From assembly GCA_038204425.1 (NCBI GenBank), contig JBBRCZ010000001.1, positions 32,001 through 96,000 on the forward strand: 64,000 nucleotides of DNA. Direction: 5' to 3'. Numbering within the stretch: the stretch's first letter is position 1; each line of letters opens with the position of its first letter. A program made the position numbers and the translations under genes. The notes under the pieces are model-generated. The model searched no databases and was not told where the DNA came from. It worked only from the letters and a program-made list of their open reading frames with translations. Source of the stretch: Spirochaetia bacterium. Lineage in GTDB: Bacteria > Spirochaetota > Spirochaetia > DSM-27196 > Salinispiraceae. Below, piece after piece: positions 57,351-64,000 of this stretch.

Positions 57351-60149
57351 TTGATAAGCAGACGTATGACCATAGTTTCCATCATTTTGTGTGCACTTGG
57401 TCTAGTTGGCATAGCTATTGGATTGGATCAACTTGACCACTATCCTTGGGAAAGCGAGTTAAACCTGATCTACCCATCCCTTGCCGTAGTGGATTCAGTT
57501 GGCACTATCCACATTGTAGATTCGGCAAGTCGCCGGATTGTTTCAACTGACCAACAAGGAAGACTACTCAATCTGCACCACGGAGGCCAGAGACAGCAGG
57601 GGTTCTACTATGCGCATGACCTTGACCTTGACAGCTTGGATAGACTCTATGTCTACAATTTGATCCCAGAAGAAGGCAATGTGGCTCAAACCAAAGCGAT
57701 ACAAATTGTTAGATACAGTCACGATGGAAATTTTGATAGAATAATTTTTGAACAAATTAGTACCAACCAAAGTCGCGAGCACCGTCAAAACCACCGTCGA
57801 TACTTCCCAGACCTTTTTTCTCTCTCGGTACTGGGCGAGACTATTTACTACTTTATCAATGATGGCAAATCATTAAGCCTCAACAAAATGGATCTTGAGG
57901 GAAACGATAAAAGCAAGGTTCTTGAACTTCCCTACTTAGACGGTTTGGTGGCCATTGACGGAATTGAAAAGGGTTTAATCTTTGCGGTCACTCGTGACGG
58001 CAGTATTTTTCGTCTTGATGAGAACCTGATTTGGCAAGTACTTAGCATTGATCACACAGTTAGACCTTGGGATATCAAGTTGGGCAGTGATTCGAGGATT
58101 TGGTTTCTTGATTTAGTTAAAAGAGAGATTCGCACTATTGAAAAACCTTTGACTGCAAAAGTAGTTAGCGTGGCTTTTAAGATGGGCCTCAACGAGGGTA
58201 GTCCTGGCGACCGTTTTTTCCTTGGAAAAGACAATAGCTTAACTTTGACCGAAAAGTTGGGGCAGTCTATCATTTTTCAGGATAGTCAAGGCCAACGACT
58301 GAAACTGCAAACACTAGTCCGAGACCCAAACGAAATGCTTAGAACCATGATTGCTTGGTTTGGCGTCATGCTAACGGCAATTGCCATTGTGCTTGCTGTT
58401 TTTGCTTTTGTCACGATGCTCTTCAAAAAAAGAATTCCAATAGTCCTGATTCACTTGCTATTACTAGTCCCATTTATTGGGCTTGCGCAGGCTTTTTATT
58501 TTTCGCAGCTTTATCAAATTCTGCAAGTGCGCTACCAAGCCCAAGTCAAAATATCACTGAGCGCGGCCGCGCTACTGGCAACCAAAGCCGTTGATGCGCA
58601 AGCATTGGATCGTCTGCAAAAGCCACAAGACTTTAGTGGTGCAAGTTATTCGGCAGTCGCAGAGAGGGGAAGCCAGCTTGCTGATCTTTTGGATAATAGT
58701 CTATTGTCATATTTCTCTATTTACAGAATGCAAGACCAACGAGTGTATGTTGTTTACACTAGTTCGAGATCATTTGGGGTGATGTACCCTAATGATATTT
58801 TTCCAAAAGCTGCACTTGAAAGCTTTCAAAAAAACAGTATCGTTTTTACGGAATATGATGACGAATTTGGGCGTTATAAAGCGGCTTTTGCCTCAGTGCT
58901 CAATGGGCAAGGAAAAGTTGTTGGTGTTGTTGAAACAGGGCTCTTCGCTGACTTTACCAAAGATTTTGAAGACCTCAATCTTGACGAGGTACAAACGTTT
59001 GTCATATTGAATGCTATCTTTTTCTTAGGACTATTTGTCTGCGTGACCCTAATGATGCTTCGTTCCCTCAACCCTGTTAGGCGAATTGCGCGAGAACTGG
59101 CCGCTGGCGCACTAGATATTGCTGTAGATAGCAGAGAAACTGAGCAAGTGAGCCAAACCAGAAAAGGTTTTTCTTCCAAAGCAGCGCGGTTGCGGACAGA
59201 TCTGAAACAACTAAATCAAGCCACCAAGGCTAGTGCCCGCTTCGTACCGCAACAATTTCTGCATCTACTTGGCATTGAAGATAGTGCCACTTTGAACCTG
59301 GGTTTTCATAAAAGTCAAACTATGGCTGTTTTGTGTTCCAGTGTAGCTAATTTCAAAAAAATAGGCTCCCATCTTTCGCCGCAAGCGGTTATAGACTTTC
59401 TCAATGCGTATCTAAAAATTGTTAGCCCTTGCCTGCAAAAGCACCACGGATTTATTGACCGCCATATGGGCGACAGCTACGTTGCCCTTTTTCCTCGCAA
59501 AGCAATGGATGCAGTCTTGGCAGTTTTCCAGATTTGCCAAGAAGTGCTTAGCTATAGTCACAGGTCTGGTTTTCCTGGAAGTGAAGAGCTGAGTCTTAGT
59601 TTTAGTATAGACTATGGTAGTCTACGCTTGGGGATCGTTGGCGAGTCAAATAGAATGGAAAGTAGGGCTATTTCGGATACCGTAAAGCTGACTGAAGTAC
59701 TAAATCAGCTCAGTCAAATCTACCACGTAAGGCTTGTGTCTACGGAAGACACTTTATACCAGGTTCTAAGTGAACTTGGATTTCATGCCAAACGGTTTGC
59801 CGACCAAAGAAGATATGAAGATTTAAAAAAACTCTATCCAAAACTTACTTTTAGGCGACTTGATCTCATTAAGTTTAGTCCCCTAAAAAAAGCAGTTTCT
59901 GTTATTGAAATCTGCGGCACGGATCGGTTTCCGTCACACTTGGGCATCGATTGGATTGTGCGTTACGAAGCTGCCTTTGACGCCTGGCTTTTGGGTGACT
60001 TTAGAATAGCCAGTGAACTCTTTGAAAAACTTTACAATGAGGCACCTGATGACCTTGTTGTTAAGAGGCAGTTGGAGCGTACTAGCAAGCTACTGAAAGA
60101 GGGCATGCCTGAGACATGGACACCGGAAGTGGAGGTGTCCGAAATATGA
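57351..60149 (+). CDS. Membrane sensor: NHL/beta-propeller, TM pair, Cache-like domain, TM/HAMP-like linker, degenerate class III nucleotidyl cyclase domain
   Basis: NHL motifs (YPSLAVVDSVGTIHIVD; RPWDIKLGSDSRIWFLD); cyclase block RFVPQQFL, FIDRHMGD, GIVGESNRME. Start TTG 57351 or ATG 57366. Confidence 0.82.
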   Translation: MISRRMTIVSIILCALGLVGIAIGLDQLDHYPWESELNLIYPSLAVVDSVGTIHIVDSASRRIVSTDQQGRLLNLHHGGQRQQGFYYAHDLDLDSLDRLYVYNLIPEEGNVAQTKAIQIVRYSHDGNFDRIIFEQISTNQSREHRQNHRRYFPDLFSLSVLGETIYYFINDGKSLSLNKMDLEGNDKSKVLELPYLDGLVAIDGIEKGLIFAVTRDGSIFRLDENLIWQVLSIDHTVRPWDIKLGSDSRIWFLDLVKREIRTIEKPLTAKVVSVAFKMGLNEGSPGDRFFLGKDNSLTLTEKLGQSIIFQDSQGQRLKLQTLVRDPNEMLRTMIAWFGVMLTAIAIVLAVFAFVTMLFKKRIPIVLIHLLLLVPFIGLAQAFYFSQLYQILQVRYQAQVKISLSAAALLATKAVDAQALDRLQKPQDFSGASYSAVAERGSQLADLLDNSLLSYFSIYRMQDQRVYVVYTSSRSFGVMYPNDIFPKAALESFQKNSIVFTEYDDEFGRYKAAFASVLNGQGKVVGVVETGLFADFTKDFEDLNLDEVQTFVILNAIFFLGLFVCVTLMMLRSLNPVRRIARELAAGALDIAVDSRETEQVSQTRKGFSSKAARLRTDLKQLNQATKASARFVPQQFLHLLGIEDSATLNLGFHKSQTMAVLCSSVANFKKIGSHLSPQAVIDFLNAYLKIVSPCLQKHHGFIDRHMGDSYVALFPRKAMDAVLAVFQICQEVLSYSHRSGFPGSEELSLSFSIDYGSLRLGIVGESNRMESRAISDTVKLTEVLNQLSQIYHVRLVSTEDTLYQVLSELGFHAKRFADQRRYEDLKKLYPKLTFRRLDLIKFSPLKKAVSVIEICGTDRFPSHLGIDWIVRYEAAFDAWLLGDFRIASELFEKLYNEAPDDLVVKRQLERTSKLLKEGMPETWTPEVEVSEI

Positions 60150-61795
60150 AAAAAATATCAGATCGAGTAAATTATTTTCTTTGCATGTATAAAGATGGCT
60201 TGGTCGTTTTTGTAAGTATAGCCTTTTTTAGTGGGTTAGGACTGGTTCTTGTTGATCATGGCTTCTTGCTTTCGGTGTTAACCACTCAGAATGACAAAAC
60301 AAGTTCCTTTTTTTTGTTACTGGTCGTTTTTATGCTCTCACTTATTTGGACGATCGTCACGCTCTTGAGGCGCATATTTTACGGAAGAATATCGATCATG
60401 GCAAAACAGTTTTTAATACTGTTGCCATTGGCCGTCATTTCTATCGCAATCGGCTCTGAAAGGCTTTATCAATTTTTTGATCAAAAGCATAAAGCTGTGT
60501 TTGATTCAAATTTGGCCTCTTTGGCGGGCATTGGTTCGACCCTTATCCGGGGGGAAATCATAGAAGAGATCCAGTCCAGTTCTGATAGGGAAAAGCCCGC
60601 ATTTTTTGACGTGGCTAAGGCTATTGAAAACATCTTAAATGAGTACAGAAATGTTTGGAAGATCAATGTCAGTGCGGCGATATATGCCTATCGTGACGGT
60701 AAGATCTATTTTATCAAAAGCCTCAGTAACTACTATGGGGTGCAGCATGCTCAAGCTGACAATCCTAAGTGGCAACTAGACTGTGCCCAAAGTGGGCAAA
60801 TCAAAACCGCTGAGTTTTTCGATGAGTCGGGAAAATATCTGACTGTCGTCACACCGATAAGAAATTTGGCCGGTAAGATAGTCGGTGTTTTTGAAGTTTA
60901 CAAGAATGCCTCTATCGTCGAGCAGCTTGCATTGGATCTTCGACTTGGCTTGCTAAAGGGCCTGCTTTGTTCTGTTTTGGTCATGCTTGCGATGCTACTT
61001 GCTGCCCATTTCTTTTTCTTTTCTGTTTCTGGTCCCGCCAGTACTTTTAAAAGTCAAACCTTTAAAAACCGTAAAAAAGATAGATTATTTGACTTAAACC
61101 GAGAGTTCAATAGCATGGGCATTGAGTTTGGGCAGTACTTTACACGCTTGACCAATATTAGAGATGCCAATGCGCACTTTGTGCCCATTGATTCTTTGGC
61201 TTTTCTTGGGCAGCAATCACCAATAGATATTAGGCTCGGGCAACAAATTCGCATGCCGATGACTGTTTTTTTTGTTGCTTTTCAATCGATCGCTTCGCTG
61301 TCTGAAAGCACTAGTGCCACCATGAGTGCAGAAGATCACTTTGGGTTTATCAATGATTTTTTGGGCATAGTAGGCCCGTTGGTCAGAGAAAACGGCGGGT
61401 TCATAGATTGCTACCTTGGAGATGCGATTCTCGCATTCTTTCCTCGGTCGGCTAACGACGCGGTCGATACCACCTTGAGTATGAGCCGATCACTACAGAG
61501 CTTTAACAAAAACCAAAAGGAACACGGCAAAAGAGAAATTGATTTTGGAATTGGCATTCATTCCGACCAAATAATTCTTGGTGTGATAGGCGATGAACAG
61601 CACTTGGTCACTAGCACAGTCTCTAATGCAACTGATATAGCAAAAAACCTAGCAGTCCTCAACAAAACCTATGGCTGCACTTTGATAGCGAGCAAAAGTG
61701 CCTTGCAGGTGACGGACGATGCACACCGGGAGCTGTTTAAGTTCTTGACAGTAATAATAAAAAATGGCGAGTCAACTGCAATCTACGGAATCTGA
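60146..61795 (+). CDS. Second membrane protein with Cache-like domain and degenerate class III cyclase domain
   Basis: GGAGGT SD, ATGA overlap; HFVP, GGFIDCYLGDAILAFF, FGIGIH, LGVIG. Confidence 0.82.
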   Translation: MKKISDRVNYFLCMYKDGLVVFVSIAFFSGLGLVLVDHGFLLSVLTTQNDKTSSFFLLLVVFMLSLIWTIVTLLRRIFYGRISIMAKQFLILLPLAVISIAIGSERLYQFFDQKHKAVFDSNLASLAGIGSTLIRGEIIEEIQSSSDREKPAFFDVAKAIENILNEYRNVWKINVSAAIYAYRDGKIYFIKSLSNYYGVQHAQADNPKWQLDCAQSGQIKTAEFFDESGKYLTVVTPIRNLAGKIVGVFEVYKNASIVEQLALDLRLGLLKGLLCSVLVMLAMLLAAHFFFFSVSGPASTFKSQTFKNRKKDRLFDLNREFNSMGIEFGQYFTRLTNIRDANAHFVPIDSLAFLGQQSPIDIRLGQQIRMPMTVFFVAFQSIASLSESTSATMSAEDHFGFINDFLGIVGPLVRENGGFIDCYLGDAILAFFPRSANDAVDTTLSMSRSLQSFNKNQKEHGKREIDFGIGIHSDQIILGVIGDEQHLVTSTVSNATDIAKNLAVLNKTYGCTLIASKSALQVTDDAHRELFKFLTVIIKNGESTAIYGI

Positions 61796-61848
61796 ACATT
61801 TCTTGGAACCTTCGATTGCTAAGGATTGCATTAGAATCTAGGCGGCGA

Positions 61849-61878
61849 TTGACATAAAACCGGCGCATATGCTAAGTT
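61849..61878 (+). promoter_or_regulatory. Sigma70-type promoter for tRNA-Val and downstream genes
   Basis: TTGACA-18nt-TAAGTT with TGn extension. Confidence 0.55.
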
Positions 61879-61893
61879 CTTTTCTATCGAAAA

Positions 61894-61966
61894 GGGCGCA
61901 TAGCTCAGTTGGGAGAGCGTCTGCCTTACAAGCAGAATGTCGGCGGTTCGAGCCCGTCTGTGCCCA
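61894..61966 (+). tRNA. tRNA-Val (TAC)
   Basis: GGGCGCA..GCTCAGTTGGGAGAGC..TCTGC-CTTACAA-GCAGA..GGCGG-TTCGAGC-CCGTC-TGTGCCC-A; CCA not encoded. Confidence 0.98.
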
Positions 61967-62006
61967 TATTCTTTTCTTCCAGTGGCTTTCTGGAGTTTAA
62001 TTCAAG

Positions 62007-62537
62007 ATGACAAATAATGTTTTGGATCAGGCTATTAGACGAGTAAAAGACTTTCCCCACAAAGGGATAGTCTTTTACGACATCACGAGTCTAATCGCAA
62101 ACCCACAGGCTTTTTCCCTAAGCGTAGAACTGTTATCTGCTATTGTTCGTGACAGTGGTGCCCAAAAAATTGTTGGCACCGAGGCGCGAGGTTTTATTTT
62201 TGCAGCTGCGATCGCTCATGTGCTTTCTTTGCCCTTAGTTATTGCCCGCAAACCAGGAAAACTTCCAAATCCAGTGCAGATTGCAAGCTACAGTCTTGAG
62301 TACGGTAATGACAGCATTTGTATTCAAGATTTTGACCTTAGAGCAGGAGAGCATGTTTTTATAGTCGATGACTTGGTTGCCACGGGCGGGACTATCAAAG
62401 CTGTTGTCAATATTCTAGAAAAAGCCCACATGATAGTTTGCGGTGTTGGAGCGGTAATTGGACTGCCTTTTCTTGGTTTTGAGAAGATTCTATCACCAAT
62501 AAAGACACATACCCTTATTGATTTTGATTCAGAATAG
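62007..62537 (+). CDS. apt: Adenine phosphoribosyltransferase
   Basis: DFPHKGIVFYDIT, EARGF, RKPGKLP, YSLEYG, VDDLVATGGT. Confidence 0.96.
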   Translation: MTNNVLDQAIRRVKDFPHKGIVFYDITSLIANPQAFSLSVELLSAIVRDSGAQKIVGTEARGFIFAAAIAHVLSLPLVIARKPGKLPNPVQIASYSLEYGNDSICIQDFDLRAGEHVFIVDDLVATGGTIKAVVNILEKAHMIVCGVGAVIGLPFLGFEKILSPIKTHTLIDFDSE

Positions 62538-62540
62538 ACA

Positions 62541-63248
62541 ATGATTGCAAACGACCTCAGAATACTATATCAAGATGAACAGATTTTGCTTGTACACAAA
62601 ATGCCAAAAATTCATGTGCATCCTAGTCGCCTTTCTATTGGTGAAGTCAGTCTGCAAGACCTGCTTCACCAAACTGGTTATGATTTTGCACAATGTGTTC
62701 ATCGCCTCGATAGACCAAGCTCAGGACCCGTTATTTTTGCCTTGCGCCCCGAGCTTGTAGCACCGTTGACTTTGCAATTTGAGCAAAATTTGGTGAGAAA
62801 AACCTATCTTGCGCTGGTACGTGGATGGCTGGAGAAAAAAACAGTGGCAGAGAGTCCAATTGACGATCAGTTGGGTGGCTTGGCTAAAGCAGCAATCACC
62901 CACTTAGAACCGACGAGCAGGTTCTTGATTGACCGCGAGATAGGACTTTGGAAGCATATGCGCCTTAGTCAAGTCCGCGCCCAGCCACAGACCGGTAGGA
63001 GGCATCAAATACGACGTCACCTCAAGAGGATGGGGCATCCTATTATTGGTGACTTTGCACATGGGGACCGTCACTACAATCATAGTATGATGGAGCTCTT
63101 GGGCGCCTGTAGATTGCAGCTTGCTTGTGTAGAACTGGCCTTTATTCATCCAACTACCGGTGCGCAAATAGATGTATATGATCCGATTGAACACCACGAA
63201 GCGTGGATCCTAAACAATCCGTCTTTTAGGAAACTCATGCTCAGTTAA
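62541..63248 (+). CDS. RluA-family pseudouridine synthase (TruC-like, no S4 domain)
   Basis: HRLD catalytic motif, KTYLALVRG, TGRRHQIRRH, HPIIGD. Confidence 0.9.
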   Translation: MIANDLRILYQDEQILLVHKMPKIHVHPSRLSIGEVSLQDLLHQTGYDFAQCVHRLDRPSSGPVIFALRPELVAPLTLQFEQNLVRKTYLALVRGWLEKKTVAESPIDDQLGGLAKAAITHLEPTSRFLIDREIGLWKHMRLSQVRAQPQTGRRHQIRRHLKRMGHPIIGDFAHGDRHYNHSMMELLGACRLQLACVELAFIHPTTGAQIDVYDPIEHHEAWILNNPSFRKLMLS

Positions 63249-63258
63249 GGCAATTGAG

Positions 63259-64000
63259 CTAGTACTTGGGCCCTTCTTTGCGGATTAGCCAGCACCAATG
63301 AGGCCTTTTTCCCTTAAAGTCTTCGGGTATCGACTTGTTGGTAATATCATCTATCCACTTGCAGTCTATTTTCTCTTTTTCGAGCTTAAATTTGCGGAAG
63401 TTGTTGGAAAAAACGATTGCGCCATTCTTGCTCAAGAGCTTGAGCGACTGATTGATGATAGTGACATGATCACGTTGGATGTCAAAAACACCTGCCATCT
63501 TTTTTGAGTTGGAGAATGTTGGCGGGTCAATGACTATCAAGTCAAATTGTTGTTTTTCTTTAACCGCGAGAGGAAGCCAGGCCATCACATCGGCCGACTC
63601 GCAGCGATGCAACTTACCAGCAAAACCGTTGAGGGCAAGATTACGGCTGGCCCAATCACTGTAAGTATTAGAAAGATCTACACTCAGCGTAGAAGCCGCA
63701 CCACCGGCGGCTGCATAAACAGAAAAACTGCCTGTATAAGAAAAAAGATTGAGGAAGCGACAATTGAGTGCAAACTGAGAAACCATGACTCTGGTATCGC
63801 GATGGTCAAGAAAAAGTCCTGTATCAAGGTAGTCAGATAGATTTATTTCAAACTGCAAATCATTCTCTTTTACCTCGAGTATTTTGGACAACTGAGCAAC
63901 TTTTTCATATTGCTGATGGCCCTTTTGCTGCAGTCGTGTCTTTAAAAATACGCGGTCTTCCTGTATACCCAGAGCGCGCCGTGCCGCGTCGGCCATTGCT
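63259..64000 (-). CDS. Class I SAM-dependent rRNA methyltransferase (RlmK/RlmI-like), 5' end outside the window
   Basis: DYLDTGLFLDHR, FLNLFSYTG, DPPTFSNSK, IPEDF. Confidence 0.9.
   Translation of the reverse strand, partial: AMADAARRALGIQEDRVFLKTRLQQKGHQQYEKVAQLSKILEVKENDLQFEINLSDYLDTGLFLDHRDTRVMVSQFALNCRFLNLFSYTGSFSVYAAAGGAASTLSVDLSNTYSDWASRNLALNGFAGKLHRCESADVMAWLPLAVKEKQQFDLIVIDPPTFSNSKKMAGVFDIQRDHVTIINQSLKLLSKNGAIVFSNNFRKFKLEKEKIDCKWIDDITNKSIPEDFKGKRPHWCWLIRKEGPKY

Noticed and set aside
44564..61966. tRNA genes as island integration sites
   Set aside because: No integrase and no duplicated tRNA 3' end seen; flanking genes are housekeeping.

Overview
Gene-dense chromosomal segment of a spirochaete (Spirochaetales-like, standard genetic code). 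The assignment rests on the murB-cysS-ECF sigma-anti-sigma order, a dimer-type GlyRS, a divergent stand-alone EF-G paralogue and many spirochaete-type lipoproteins and hypotheticals. It holds about 53 CDS and two tRNAs (Asn-GTT, Val-TAC). Housekeeping genes: class B PBP (partial), secA, glgC, glyQS, murB, cysS, mfd, trmB, gltA, apt, membrane pyrophosphatase, Na/Pi symporter, lactate permease, and a nadA-hemA-hemC/cobA/hemD-hemB-hemL cluster. I saw no transposase, prophage, CRISPR array or rRNA. Most notable: (1) a HemC-CobA-HemD triple fusion whose HemC lacks the domain carrying the cofactor-binding Cys; (2) two coupled membrane class III cyclase homologues, both missing catalytic residues; (3) a sigma28-type promoter ahead of a HAMP-GGDEF / TPR-PEGA-Ser/Thr operon with a perfect 9-bp repeat and a possible ATC start; (4) an orphan MthZI/Zim-like m4C methyltransferase; (5) repeated promoter-to-start spacing implying leaderless mRNAs; (6) an unannotated 41-aa signal-peptide ORF; (7) a palindrome centred on the lactate permease -35. 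All family calls come from motif recognition by eye; no searches were run.
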